DNA of 32,000 bases, taken from positions 450,001 to 482,000 of the forward strand of contig NZ_CP097762.1 in NCBI RefSeq assembly GCF_023585745.1. The letters are read 5' to 3'. The stretch comes from Candidatus Saccharimonadota bacterium. Lineage in GTDB: Bacteria; Pseudomonadota; Gammaproteobacteria; Enterobacterales; Enterobacteriaceae. Below are positions 10,221-21,924 of this stretch, piece after piece; within the stretch, counting starts at the first letter, position 1; each line of letters begins with the position of its first letter. Both the position numbers and the translations under genes were made by a program. The notes beneath the pieces were generated by a model. The model searched no databases and was not told the DNA's origin. It was given only the letters and a program-made list of their open reading frames with translations.

Positions 10221-10454
10221 ATTTTATCCTATATATATATACAAAAAATTGATAAAATTTTTTTAATTTTATGAAAAATTGAAGAAATAAATACTACCTA
10301 ATAATATAGGCTCACAATTTAAAAAAAATCAAACTAATGTTAAATATTAACAATATCCTTAAAAATATCCCCTAAATCAATGAGCTTTTCACGCACTAGA
10401 AATACAGCTTACAAAAAATAGTAATCACACAATACATATAGATATGTATATCTA

Positions 10455-11240
10455 TTACATAGAATAATCCACATTCATAACAATATTAACACCACCATCA
10501 ACATAAATTATTTCACCAGTAATTCCAGAAGATAAATCAGAACATAAAAAAGCTGCAACATTCCCAATTTCTTCAATTGAAATATTACGCCGAATAGGTG
10601 ATATATTTTTGCAATATGATAACATCTTATTAAAATCTTTAATTCCAAAAGACGCTAAAGTACGAACAGGACCACAAGAAATTGCATTAACTCTAATACC
10701 ATCTTTTCCCATAGAACTAGCCATATAACGAGTATTAGCCTCTAGAGAGGCTTTAGCTAATCCCATAACATTATAATTCGGTATAGCACGCATTGCTCCC
10801 AAATAAGTTAATGTTACTAAAGATGCTTTATCACTCAACATATCTCTACAAAATTTCGCCATACTAACAAAACTGTATGAACTAATTTCATGAGCCGTGA
10901 TAAAACCTTCCCTGGTCACATTATTAACATAATCACCCGTTAACTGATCTGTAGAAACAAATGCTATTGCATGAATAAAACCATCGAAAGTTAACCATCT
11001 TTTCTTTAATTCAATAAATAACCGATTTATAGATGTTTCTTTAGATACATCACATGGTAATATAATATCAGAATTAAAATTCTTAGACAACGTTTGTACC
11101 CTTGCTTTTAATTTTTCAGTATAATAAGTAAACGCTAACTCCGCTCCTTCTTTATGCAATACTTTTGCAATACCATATGCTATAGATTTACTGTTAGCCA
11201 TACCAGTGATTAAAATACGCTTATTACTAAGCCATCCCAT
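10455..11240 (-). CDS. fabI: Enoyl-[ACP] reductase (NADH)
   Basis: [36 protein letters not shown] aligns with E. coli FabI Met1 ([26 protein letters not shown]), and the homology continues to the C-terminus ([46 protein letters not shown]...VDGG). The start is set at 11240, with GGAG at 11247-11250 on the coding strand. The ORF-track start at 11264 adds 8 residues. Confidence 0.96.
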   Translation of the reverse strand: MGWLSNKRILITGMANSKSIAYGIAKVLHKEGAELAFTYYTEKLKARVQTLSKNFNSDIILPCDVSKETSINRLFIELKKRWLTFDGFIHAIAFVSTDQLTGDYVNNVTREGFITAHEISSYSFVSMAKFCRDMLSDKASLVTLTYLGAMRAIPNYNVMGLAKASLEANTRYMASSMGKDGIRVNAISCGPVRTLASFGIKDFNKMLSYCKNISPIRRNISIEEIGNVAAFLCSDLSSGITGEIIYVDGGVNIVMNVDYSM

Positions 11241-11772
11241 ATTTATCTCCAAAAATTTTAACAAATTTAATTTATATAATTTTTACATTTTATAAAAAAT
11301 TTTTACGCTTAATCAATACTACTATTTTTTTAATAAAAATATTCAAATCAATTTAATAAAACAAAATATAACACAAATATTATAAATATAATATGTATAA
11401 TCTTAAACATAGTATAAAATACACATATATTTTAATTTTTAAACAATAATTTTCTTAAAGTGTAAAATTTAAATACATAAAACATGCTACAGTACTTTAT
11501 GAAGTAAATAAAACTATATATTTTCATTAACAAACCATAAATATTTAATGATATTTCAGATAAATATCTGACATAAATAAATTAATAAAAACTTTATATT
11601 CCTATAATATATTTTATAGTTAATTATGTATTTCTTAAGTTTTATAAATGAAATAATTTTCATAACAACCTAAATTTAGATCAATATCATATAATCATAT
11701 CAATAATTTTTTATTATGATAAAACCATAAATATAAAAATAGTTTATTTTTCAACAAATTATAAATATAATA

Positions 11773-11813
11773 TTTTTTAAATTATTTTAAACTTTTTAAA
11801 ATAATTTAAAAAA
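11773..11813. repeat. Perfect 19-bp all-A/T inverted repeat with a 3-nt loop
   Basis: TTTTTTAAATTATTTTAAA-CTT-TTTAAAATAATTTAAAAAA. I checked every pair from 11773:11813 to 11791:11795. It contains only A:T pairs. Confidence 0.6.
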
Positions 11814-12543
11814 ATCACCAATAATCAATATTAAATTATATTAATAAATATATTAATATCATTAAAACTAAAAAACAATTATAACACATATAAAAATCAA
11901 TATAATTGAGTAAAAATAAAAAATTTCATACAAATTAATTTTTATAAAACTTTAAATAATATATATTAATATAATCAAAATTATAATATATTGAACAATA
12001 TATTACATGTGTAATACAATAAATATTGTTATAATTTTTACATATAAAATACAATAACTATTATATAACGTAATAATTAAATTCTAATAAAAAACATCAA
12101 ATTTAATTTAATTAATATTAATAATTCTATATAAAAATATTTAATTTTATAAAAATAAAAACACATAACTATCATAGATACTATTATAAATTTTAAAATC
12201 AAAAGCTATACAATAAAAACATATGAAATAAATAATTTTTATTATATATCACATAATTTTAATTAATTAAAAATAATACAATAATTATTCATAAATTTTA
12301 TATAATATATTATAATTATTATACTTCTAATTACACGCAAAATTTCTATACATAAAATATATTAATATTATACTTTATTAATAAAAATTATATTCAAATA
12401 TATTAAATAAAAAATTTTTATAATCAAATTTTAATAATCATAAAATTCATTAAAAAATAAATTCTTATAAAGAAAAGAATACTAATATTATAGTTGTAAC
12501 ACAATATTTAAATTAAAAATTATATCTTTACAGGAAGAATACA

Positions 12544-13128
12544 ATGAGAATTAGGCGTGTAACAGAAGCTAAACTACCAACATTTTGGGGTAATTTTCTA
12601 GTAATAGGATTTGAAGAAAATTCTACTGGACATCATCATATAGCGCTAGTACATGGAAACATATCTGGATCAGATCCAGTGTTAACGCGAATACATTCTG
12701 AATGTCTAACGGGCGATGCTTTATTTAGCTTACGTTGTGATTGTGGATTCCAACTAAAAACAGCATTACATTACATTGCAAAAGAAAAACGAGGCATCTT
12801 AATCTATCACAGACAAGAAGGACGTAATATCGGATTATTAAATAAGATACGCGCGTATTCCCTACAAGATAATGGAGCCGATACAGTCGAAGCCAATCAA
12901 TGTTTAGGATTTGCTGCAGATGAAAGAGATTTCACAATTTGTGCAGATATTTTAAAATTACTGTGCGTAAAAACAATACGTATTCTTACTAACAACCCCA
13001 AGAAAATAGAAATCCTAAATAAATCATGTATTCATATTACAGAAAGAATTCCACTAATAACAGGAAGGAATCCAGAAAATTCTAAATATTTAAATACTAA
13101 ATTATCTAAATTAGGACATTTATTGTGA
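12544..13128 (+). CDS. ribA: GTP cyclohydrolase II
   Basis: The 194-aa ORF is a full-length match to E. coli RibA (RV.EAKLPT.WG.F...[88 protein letters not shown]). The zinc Cys triad context is present. AGGAAG lies upstream of the ATG. Confidence 0.97.
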   Translation: MRIRRVTEAKLPTFWGNFLVIGFEENSTGHHHIALVHGNISGSDPVLTRIHSECLTGDALFSLRCDCGFQLKTALHYIAKEKRGILIYHRQEGRNIGLLNKIRAYSLQDNGADTVEANQCLGFAADERDFTICADILKLLCVKTIRILTNNPKKIEILNKSCIHITERIPLITGRNPENSKYLNTKLSKLGHLL

Positions 13129-14543
13129 TAATCTTACATCTACAATAATTACAAGTATATTATATATAATATTCTAATAGAATATAATTTTTTTTTAAAT
13201 TCAGGATAAATTATCCTGAAATTACTTAAAATAATATGAATATTATATTATTCAACAATTTAAAATTTATATAAAAACTATTAATTAATTTTTTATTTAT
13301 CAGCAACACAAACATAAAATTATAAATAATAATTATAAATTTTTATTGAAATACTTTACAATTCACTATTCCATATATAAATATGTTATAGATTATTCAT
13401 CTATATAAAATTATAGACTAAAAATATTAATAAAATTAAATATAAAAATATTTATTTAATAAATAAAAAATAATTTGTAATTATCAAACAATTTATTTTT
13501 TAATAATAAAATAAAAAATAAAACTTATTATGAACATTTATTTCAAACTATAATTTAATTATATTATATTTAATAATATAATTACTCATTTATATTTATA
13601 AAATAAATTAAATATTATTAAATTAAATTAAAAAATTTTAAAAACTTTATATTATATTAAATATATATATAATAATTATATAATATTTTTAATTATTAAT
13701 AAATATAAAAATTTTAAATAATTCTGTTAATATAACATTGATACGATTTAACATTAAATCATTAAATTTCAAAAATATTCATTTTACTAAATTTTAGTCT
13801 AAATAAATATAAAAAAAATTAACTAACACTATATAAACAAATAAAATTATTTATAGATAAATGTCTATATAACAATCAGAATATAAATCTTATTATATGT
13901 AATAAAAAAATTATAAAAATTTACAATAATATATACAACATAACTTATAAAATTATATTATTAATAATACATAATATATTTGTTCTTCATAACAGTAATC
14001 CCATGAATTCAATTAATTCATTAATATATTATAAATAATTTTAATAAAAATATTTTAAAATTAAATTTGAACAATTTTTAAAATTTTTTAAATAAATTTA
14101 TATAACATTAAAAAATATAAAAATAATATGAACTCATTTATTAAACATAATTAAAAATTTTTTTATAACTTTAAAATTAAATAATTAACATAATTTAATC
14201 TGAAAAATACAAAAACAGTAATACAATAATTAATAATAAAATATATATTGTTAATATAGTAACATTATATATTAATAATATTAATAAAATTTTATTAATA
14301 AGTTATTTATAAAATAATAAATTTCATTATTATATATTTAATATTTTATTATATATTATATATTTAAAAAAATAATATTTCTGTTAAAATTAATACATAT
14401 ATATCAAATTAAATATATATAAAAAATCACAAAAACTATATTTTATTATTCAAAAATACCAACCATATAATATATATAAATTACCTTAATAATATAATAA
14501 AATATAAGTAAATTATTAAATAAATAACTAGGAAAAATAAACA

Positions 14544-16109
14544 ATGGATTTGAAAAAAAACCAAATAGAATGTTTAACTGTTCCAGTACAGTATCATGCA
14601 AACCCTACAACCGTTTTTAATCAATTATGTAATAAACGTAATTCAACATTATTATTAGAATCATCAGAAATTAACAAAAAATACAATATAGAAAGCATGA
14701 TGATTATTGACAGCGCATTAAGAATTACTGCATATGGTACAACTGTCACTATACATGCACTAACTCAAAATGGAGCTAGTCTTTTACCTATACTAAAAAA
14801 AACATTCCCTAATCAAATAAGAATTTGTAGTAATTTCAACACAATAAAATTAATATTTCCTACAACACAAACAATAATGGATGAAGACACACGTTTACAT
14901 GCTATATCAATATTTGATAGTTTAAGAACATTACTAAAAATTTTACAATCTCCTAAAAATCATCATAAATCTATTTTTCTAGGAGGCTTATTTTCTTATG
15001 ATTTAATATCATGTTTCGAACATTTTCCAAATTTAACAAACTCTTACATATGCCCAGATTTCTGCTTTTATTTAGCAGAAACATTATTAATTTTCAATCA
15101 CAAAAAATACACATCTTTCCTGCAAAGCACTATATTTAGTGCAAAAAATACTTTAGAAAAACAACGTCTTCAAAACAGAATAAAACAATTAAGTATACAA
15201 TTGAGACAAGAACCCAAAACCATTCCATTCAAAAAAATACGCAACATGAAATTACATTGTCATCCAAACGATGCACAATATAAAAAAATTATAGAAAATA
15301 TACAATATTCCATACGTACAGGAGAGATTTTACAAGCCGTCCCATCAAGACGTTTTTTTCTGCCTTGTCCTTCTCCACTAGCAGCATATCATGTATTAAA
15401 ACAACATAATCCTAGTCCCTATATGTTTTTCATGCAAGATTCAATATTTACATTATTCGGAACTTCCCCAGAAAGTTCTCTAAAATATAATGCAAATACT
15501 AGACAAATTGAAATACATCCTATCGCCGGGACACGTGCCAGAGCTTTTTGTTCCGATGGATCATTAGATACTGATGCAGATAACCGAGTAGAATTAGAAA
15601 TGCGCTTAAACCATAAAGAATTATCTGAACATTTAATGTTAGTAGATTTAGCAAGAAATGATTTAGCACGTGTTTGTACACCAGGCAGCAGATATGTAGC
15701 TGATCTATTAAAAGTAGATAAATACTCTTATGTTATGCATTTAGTATCTAAAGTTATTGGAGAATTACGACCAGATCTTGATGCGCTACACGCTTATCGC
15801 GCATGTATGAATATGGGTACATTAACTGGAGCTCCCAAAACAAGAGCTATGCAAATTATCTACGAAACAGAAGGTGTCCGTAGAAATACCTATGGTGGAG
15901 CTATAGGATATTTAACTGGATCTGGAAATCTAGATACATGTATTATAATTCGATCAGCTTATGTTACTAAACAAATCGCTACAATACAAGCAGGGGCAGG
16001 AGTAGTTATAGATTCTATTCCGCAAGAAGAAATTAATGAGAGCTGTAACAAAGCACGCGCTGTTCTACGTGCTATTGCTATAGCACACGATGCCGAGGAG
16101 ATATTTTAA
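14544..16109 (+). CDS. trpE: Anthranilate synthase component I
   Basis: The 521-aa ORF is colinear with E. coli TrpE (NPT..F.QLC......[120 protein letters not shown]). AGGA sits upstream of the ATG. Confidence 0.97.
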   Translation: MDLKKNQIECLTVPVQYHANPTTVFNQLCNKRNSTLLLESSEINKKYNIESMMIIDSALRITAYGTTVTIHALTQNGASLLPILKKTFPNQIRICSNFNTIKLIFPTTQTIMDEDTRLHAISIFDSLRTLLKILQSPKNHHKSIFLGGLFSYDLISCFEHFPNLTNSYICPDFCFYLAETLLIFNHKKYTSFLQSTIFSAKNTLEKQRLQNRIKQLSIQLRQEPKTIPFKKIRNMKLHCHPNDAQYKKIIENIQYSIRTGEILQAVPSRRFFLPCPSPLAAYHVLKQHNPSPYMFFMQDSIFTLFGTSPESSLKYNANTRQIEIHPIAGTRARAFCSDGSLDTDADNRVELEMRLNHKELSEHLMLVDLARNDLARVCTPGSRYVADLLKVDKYSYVMHLVSKVIGELRPDLDALHAYRACMNMGTLTGAPKTRAMQIIYETEGVRRNTYGGAIGYLTGSGNLDTCIIIRSAYVTKQIATIQAGAGVVIDSIPQEEINESCNKARAVLRAIAIAHDAEEIF

Positions 16110-16111
16110 TA

Positions 16112-16714
16112 ATGGCAAATGCAATATTATTAGATAATACCGATTCATTTACATATAATTTAGTAGATCAATTAAGGACCAACGGACACCAAGTTTTGGT
16201 TTATACCAATCAAGTACCAATATCAATAATTACAAAAACACTAACACATACAACCGATCCAGTTTTAATACTGTCGCCAGGTCCTGGCACTCCTAATCAA
16301 TCTGGTTGTATGATGCAACTAATACAAAAAGCAAATAAAAAAATTCCGATTATCGGAATCTGCTTAGGATATCAAGCTATTATAGAATTTTATGGCGGAC
16401 ATATAATACAGGCAAAAGAAATTTTTCATGGCAAGTCATCTTTGATATACCATGATAATTTATTTATGTTTAAAAACATACCAAATCCTTTATTAGTAGG
16501 AAGATATCATTCATTAATAGGCAAAAATATACCAAACACTCTAACAATTAACGCTCATTACAATAAACAAATAGCAATGGCAGTACGTAATGATCCCGAC
16601 AGAGTTTGCGGCTTTCAATTTCATCCAGAATCAATATTAACTACTCAGGGGACACGGTTAATTCAACAAACCATTAAATGGGCAATAAAACTTTATAAAA
16701 GGAATGAAAAATAA
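16112..16714 (+). CDS. trpG: Anthranilate synthase component II (glutamine amidotransferase), free-standing
   Basis: The 200-aa ORF aligns with the N-terminal amidotransferase half of E. coli fused TrpG-D ([61 protein letters not shown]). Catalytic Cys (GICLG) and His (FHPES) contexts are present. It starts 2 nt after the trpE stop. Confidence 0.95.
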   Translation: MANAILLDNTDSFTYNLVDQLRTNGHQVLVYTNQVPISIITKTLTHTTDPVLILSPGPGTPNQSGCMMQLIQKANKKIPIIGICLGYQAIIEFYGGHIIQAKEIFHGKSSLIYHDNLFMFKNIPNPLLVGRYHSLIGKNIPNTLTINAHYNKQIAMAVRNDPDRVCGFQFHPESILTTQGTRLIQQTIKWAIKLYKRNEK

Positions 16715-16715
16715 C

Positions 16716-17708
16716 ATGCAAAATATTCTCGAGGTTCTATATCATGGGCATCATCTAAACCAAGAACAAATTGAAACGCTATTGCATAATATAATAAATA
16801 AGCAACTGTCTTCCATACAAATTACAGCAGCACTTATCAGTATGAAAGTTCTTGGAGAAACGTATGAAGAAATAGCAGGAGCAGTAAAGATATTATCACG
16901 TTATTCTAAAAATTTTCCTAGACCAAACGCATTATTTGCTGATATAACTGGAACTGGAGGCGATAAAAAAAATACCATTAACATTTCTACTATAAGTGCA
17001 ATAGTAGCGTCAACCTGTGGAGTAAAAATTATTAAACACGGAAACAACCATATATCCAGTAATGTAGGATCTGTAGATATATTAAAAAAACACAATTTAT
17101 ATGCTACACATAGCGTAAACGAATCATGTAAAATTTTTGAAAAATTAGGAATATGTTTCTTACACGCCCCTCAATATTATGAGGTATTTAATGATATAAT
17201 GTCAATACGTCAAGAACTAAAAACACCAACGCTATTTAATATAATAGGACCTCTGCTTAATCCATCAAAACCCCCAATTACATTAATCGGGGTATATAAA
17301 AAAAAATTAATATCACCTATCATCCAAGTACTAAAATTATTTAAGTATCATCGAGCTATAGTAGTACACTGTGATGGAATAGACGAAGTAGGGCTACATG
17401 CTCCCACTCATGTTGCTGAACTAAATAATAACAATATATACAACTATATTATAACAGCATCAGATTTTGGCCTAAATTATTATCCTCTAGAGGATATATG
17501 TTGTGCTTCAAAATATCAAGCATACGAACACATGACTAATATACTAAAAGGTAAAGGCAACCCTGCTCATTCTGCTGTAATAGCTGCTAATGTATCATTA
17601 TTATTAAAATTATTTGGAAATGATAACCTACGTTCTAACGCACAGTTAGCTTTACAAAAAATGCAATCTGGCATACCATACACACAGCTATTATCTTTGT
17701 CAAGATAA
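16716..17708 (+). CDS. trpD: Anthranilate phosphoribosyltransferase
   Basis: MQNILEVLY...FADITGTGGDKKNTINIST...KHGN...LFNIIGPLLNPS.PP..LIGVY...HAPT.VAEL aligns with the C-terminal half of E. coli TrpG-D (LQPILEKLY...FADIVGTGGDGSNSINIST). I prefer ATG 16716, one nt after the trpG stop and 12 nt after AGGA. The in-frame ATG at 16704 (ORF-track start, overlapping trpG by 11 nt) has no room for an SD, but I cannot exclude it. Confidence 0.93.
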   Translation: MQNILEVLYHGHHLNQEQIETLLHNIINKQLSSIQITAALISMKVLGETYEEIAGAVKILSRYSKNFPRPNALFADITGTGGDKKNTINISTISAIVASTCGVKIIKHGNNHISSNVGSVDILKKHNLYATHSVNESCKIFEKLGICFLHAPQYYEVFNDIMSIRQELKTPTLFNIIGPLLNPSKPPITLIGVYKKKLISPIIQVLKLFKYHRAIVVHCDGIDEVGLHAPTHVAELNNNNIYNYIITASDFGLNYYPLEDICCASKYQAYEHMTNILKGKGNPAHSAVIAANVSLLLKLFGNDNLRSNAQLALQKMQSGIPYTQLLSLSR

Positions 17709-17719
17709 GGGTATAAAAT

Positions 17720-19090
17720 ATGCAACATTCAGTGCTTCACAAAATTTTATTGTACAAAAAACAATGGATATCTAAAAAAAAACAATATTACCCATTACAT
17801 ATCTTACAAAATACAATAAAAAAAAGTAAACGTAATTTCTATAAAGCTCTATCTAACCAAACACACCAAACAATACTTATATTAGAATGCAAAAAAGCTT
17901 CTCCTTCTAATGGAATTATTTGCAACAATTTTAATCCTATTGAAATTGCAAAAATCTATAAAAATTACGCTACTATAATATCAGTACTAACTGATAAAAA
18001 ATATTTTCACGGAAATTTTAACATTCTAAAAAATATCAGCAACCATGTGGAACAGCCAATATTATGTAAAGACTTTTTTATATCAGAATGGCAAATTTAT
18101 TTTGCACGATTTTATCAAGCTGATGCTATTTTACTAATACTATCAATTTTAGACGATGCAACATATCAACAATTAGTATATATAGCTCATAAATTATGTA
18201 TGGGTGTACTTACAGAAATTTCAAATGAAAATGAATTACATCGAGCGAAATATTTAGGAGCTAAAGTTATAGGAATAAATAACCGTAATTTACATAATCT
18301 TTCAATTGATTTAAATCGTACCATTATTCTCGGTAAAAAAATACCTAAACATATTACATCTATTAGTGAATCTGGTATCGAATGTTACGCTCATATAAAA
18401 AAACTCAAACACTATGTCAACGGATTTTTAATTGGCACAAAATTAATGAGTCAACCAAAATTAGATATAGCAATAAAAAAACTAATTTTTGGAGAAAATA
18501 AAATATGTGGGTTAACTAAAACACAAGATGCAAAATTTATTGACAAATTAGGAGCAATATACGGCGGATTAATTTTTGTACCTAATTCAATGCGATACAT
18601 TAGTATCAAATCTGCAGAAAACATTGTTTCTGGCACTAAAAGATTATGCTATGTTGGAGTATTTGCTAATGAAAATATTTCTCATATTATTAATATAGTA
18701 AATATATTACATCTATCTGCAATACAATTGCATGGTGCGGAAGATCAAAATTACATTAATATTTTACGAAATCAATTACCTTCTACATGTCATATATGGA
18801 AATATATTGATATGAATCATACTGTATTAATAAAGCAACATAAATTAATTAATGTTCATCGTTATTTAGCAGATAACGGAGGCGGAAGTGGAAAAACGTT
18901 TAATTGGACACTATTATCTACTATGAAACGAAGAAAAACCATTCTAGCAGGCGGATTGACAATAGATAATTGCGCTAAAGCTGCACAAATGGGTTGCGCA
19001 GGTTTAGATTTTAATTCTGGAGTAGAAATTCTACCAGGAATTAAAGATCATCAAAAACTTACTAAAATATTCCGCATACTACACGTATAA
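17720..19090 (+). CDS. trpC: Bifunctional indole-3-glycerol-phosphate synthase / phosphoribosylanthranilate isomerase
   Basis: The 456-aa ORF is colinear with E. coli TrpC(F) (ILECKKASPS.G.I, YA..ISVLTD.KYF.G.F, PILCKDF, QADA.LL.LS.LDD, MGVLTE.SNE.E, GAKV.GINNR.L..LSIDLNRT, ISESGI, GENK.CGLT...DA, GAIYGGLIF, LAGGL..DNC..AAQ.GCAGLDFNS.VE..PGIKD). Confidence 0.96.
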   Translation: MQHSVLHKILLYKKQWISKKKQYYPLHILQNTIKKSKRNFYKALSNQTHQTILILECKKASPSNGIICNNFNPIEIAKIYKNYATIISVLTDKKYFHGNFNILKNISNHVEQPILCKDFFISEWQIYFARFYQADAILLILSILDDATYQQLVYIAHKLCMGVLTEISNENELHRAKYLGAKVIGINNRNLHNLSIDLNRTIILGKKIPKHITSISESGIECYAHIKKLKHYVNGFLIGTKLMSQPKLDIAIKKLIFGENKICGLTKTQDAKFIDKLGAIYGGLIFVPNSMRYISIKSAENIVSGTKRLCYVGVFANENISHIINIVNILHLSAIQLHGAEDQNYINILRNQLPSTCHIWKYIDMNHTVLIKQHKLINVHRYLADNGGGSGKTFNWTLLSTMKRRKTILAGGLTIDNCAKAAQMGCAGLDFNSGVEILPGIKDHQKLTKIFRILHV

Positions 19091-19124
19091 TAAAATAATT
19101 ATTAAAGGAATTAAATAAATTTAT

Positions 19125-20294
19125 ATGAAAAGATTAAAATCTTACTTTGGTGAATTTGGAGGTATGTATGTACCACAAATATTAGTTCCAGCACTCATAC
19201 AATTAGAAAAATCGTTTATATCTGCAAAAAATGATCCTACATTTCAAAAAAAACTAAAACACCTTTTAAATAATTATGCTGGAAGACCTACACCATTAAC
19301 ACTGTGCAAAAACCTTACAAAAAATACTAATACTAAACTATACCTAAAACGTGAAGATTTACTGCATGGAGGATCACATAAAACCAACCAAGTTCTAGGT
19401 CAAGCATTATTAGCTAAACGCATGTTAAAAACTGAAATAATTGCTGAAACAGGCGCGGGTCAACACGGAGTAGCTGTATCTATTGCATCATCTCTACTGA
19501 ATTTAAAATGTCGCATTTATATGGGAGCAAAAGATATAAAAAGACAACGATCCAATGTACTAAAAATGCAATTAATGGGAACAAAAATAATACCAGTACA
19601 CCACGGAACTGCCACATTAAAAGACGCTTGTAACGAAGCTATGAGAGCATGGTCTAAAACCTATGAATATACACATTACATGATTGGTACAGCAGCTGGT
19701 CCACATCCATTTCCCACAATTGTTAAAGAATTTCAAAGCATCATTGGAGTAGAAACATACAAACAAATACAATTATATGAAAAAAGATTACCAGATACTA
19801 TTATTGCTTGTATTGGTGGTGGATCTAATGCAATTGGAATATTTTCTAAATTTCTTAAAACACCATCCGTACAGTTATTAGGAATAGAAGCTGGAGGATT
19901 AGGAATTGATACTGCAAAACATGGTGCTTCTTTACAAAAAGGACAAACGGGAATACATTTTGGTATGAAAACTAAAATTTTACAATCTTCAGAGGGTCAA
20001 ATAAAAAATTCTCATTCTATTGCTGCAGGATTAGATTTTCCATCTGTAGGCCCAGAACATGCTCATTTAAAAAATATTGGTAGAGCACAATATATCTCTG
20101 TTAATGATATAGAAGCGATAAAAGCTTTTAAAATCTTATCAACACAAGAAGGTATCATACCAGCATTAGAATCTGCTCACGCTTTAGCTCACGCCTTAAA
20201 AATTATCGCAAAACATCCTGATAAATCTCAAATTTTAGTAGTTAATCTATCTGGACGCGGAGATAAAGATATAGAAACAATTTCTAATGTATAA
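19125..20294 (+). CDS. trpB: Tryptophan synthase beta chain
   Basis: The 389-aa ORF aligns with E. coli TrpB throughout ([143 protein letters not shown]). The PLP-Lys context HGG.HKTN is present. Confidence 0.97.
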   Translation: MKRLKSYFGEFGGMYVPQILVPALIQLEKSFISAKNDPTFQKKLKHLLNNYAGRPTPLTLCKNLTKNTNTKLYLKREDLLHGGSHKTNQVLGQALLAKRMLKTEIIAETGAGQHGVAVSIASSLLNLKCRIYMGAKDIKRQRSNVLKMQLMGTKIIPVHHGTATLKDACNEAMRAWSKTYEYTHYMIGTAAGPHPFPTIVKEFQSIIGVETYKQIQLYEKRLPDTIIACIGGGSNAIGIFSKFLKTPSVQLLGIEAGGLGIDTAKHGASLQKGQTGIHFGMKTKILQSSEGQIKNSHSIAAGLDFPSVGPEHAHLKNIGRAQYISVNDIEAIKAFKILSTQEGIIPALESAHALAHALKIIAKHPDKSQILVVNLSGRGDKDIETISNV

Positions 20295-20318
20295 AACACA
20301 CCAATTAAGATATATAAA

Positions 20319-21155
20319 ATGAACCGTTATAAAAAATTATTCAAATTTTTAAATAAAAAAAAATCTGGAGCATTCGTACCATTTGTTACGGTCGGTGACC
20401 CAGATCCTATTATTTTTATGAAAATTGTCAATACACTAATTACGTCTGGAGCTGATGCAATAGAATTAGGAATACCATTTTCTGATCCTATATCAGATGG
20501 TCCTATAATACAAAGAAGCATAGAACGTGCTTTCAAATCTGGCATAAATCTGTCTAATTGTTTATCTATGATAAATACCATACGTAAAAATTATCCATAT
20601 TTACCTTTAGGATTACTAATATACTCAAATTTAATATTTAAAAAAGGACTAAATAATTTCTATACATGCTGCTCAAATCTAAATATAGATTCTGTTTTAA
20701 TTCCTGATCTTCCTCTAGAAGAGAGCAAACCATTCTGTAAAATTTCTGCAAAACAAAAAATTTCGCAAATATTCATTTGCCCAACTAATGCTGATGAAAA
20801 ATTAATACAAAATATTATTTCTAAAGGACAAGGATATATATATTTATTATCCCGACCAGGTATTACTGGAATACAGTCCAATACAGAAAACGATAAGATC
20901 GAACACTATGACAATATATTACACAAATTAATTATATCTATAAAAAAACAAAAAAACACACTTCCTATACTACAAGGATTCGGAATATACACACCAAATC
21001 AAGCTAAAAAATCATTACTATTAGGTACCTCCGGAATCATCGTGGGTTCTGCAATTGCCCAAATCATTGAAGAAAACATTGATCATTCAGAATTAATTCT
21101 AAAAAAATTACAAAAATTCGTATTTTCCATGAAAAGATCTATGAAAATAATTTAA
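20319..21155 (+). CDS. trpA: Tryptophan synthase alpha chain
   Basis: The 278-aa ORF aligns with E. coli TrpA (GAFVPFVT.GDP, GADA.ELGIPFSDP..DGP.IQ, P.GLL.Y.NL.F.KG...FY, DSVL..D.P.EES.PF, IFICP.NAD, GYIYLLSR.G.TG, LQGFGI, G.I.GSAI..IIE). It is separated from trpB by 24 nt. It carries a roughly 10-residue Lys/Asn-rich expansion before the LQGFGI motif. Confidence 0.94.
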   Translation: MNRYKKLFKFLNKKKSGAFVPFVTVGDPDPIIFMKIVNTLITSGADAIELGIPFSDPISDGPIIQRSIERAFKSGINLSNCLSMINTIRKNYPYLPLGLLIYSNLIFKKGLNNFYTCCSNLNIDSVLIPDLPLEESKPFCKISAKQKISQIFICPTNADEKLIQNIISKGQGYIYLLSRPGITGIQSNTENDKIEHYDNILHKLIISIKKQKNTLPILQGFGIYTPNQAKKSLLLGTSGIIVGSAIAQIIEENIDHSELILKKLQKFVFSMKRSMKII

Positions 21156-21924
21156 ATTACATTAATAATAATTTATTATTACACTTATATTAAGCAATAA
21201 TTAATATTAATTTCAAATACTTAAGATAAATATAATATGTGCTTCTCATCCTATTTCATAAAGATAAATTTAAAAATTTCAAAAAAATAACAAAACATTT
21301 ATAGATACATATAAATTATGTTAAAATATAATTTTTCCTATTTATTAGTATCTCAAGCGCACAACTTTAAATAAAAAACCAGTATTTTCTATAAAAATAC
21401 TAAATTAAAAATATGAAAAATTCATAAAACCTTTCAGTATTCTCAATAATGCAGAGTAAATAATTAACGTACATTATGAAACATAAAAAATATATTACTA
21501 TCTAATAATATATAAAAAATTAAATTTGCAATGTGCAATATATTGATAATATTAATAAATTCTATTAATTAATAATAATTACATAATTTTCTGAAAATTA
21601 CTATAATTCTATTAAAAATAATCATACTATCATATTAGTACCTAATTAAAGCACACAATTTTCGATAATATTGATTATTATTTAATTTATTACATTTTAA
21701 AGATTATATATTAATAATATAAATTATTTTTAATATGCAGTTAAAATTTAAAAATTTTTCAAAAATAAAAAATATATATCACTCTATTAAAATAGATATT
21801 TAACTATCATTTAATATTTATTGCTAATATAAGTTACTAATATTTTAAGTAATTTTAAAACTAATCCAATACATACAGTTACTAACTTTTAATATATTAA
21901 AAATTTATTAAGTCTCAAAAAATC

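Noticed and set aside
12493-12500. GTTGTAAC, the core of the Tus-binding Ter consensus, in the fabI-ribA spacer. This is roughly where TerA lies in the E. coli map.
   Set aside because: Only the 8-nt core matches. The flanking positions that matter for Tus binding and the lock do not match: TerB is AAGTATGTTGTAACTAAAG, while here the sequence is ATTATAGTTGTAACACAAT. About one such 8-mer is expected by chance in 32 kb on two strands. Reduced symbionts usually lack tus, and there is no skew change. It would be worth revisiting only if a tus gene exists in the genome.
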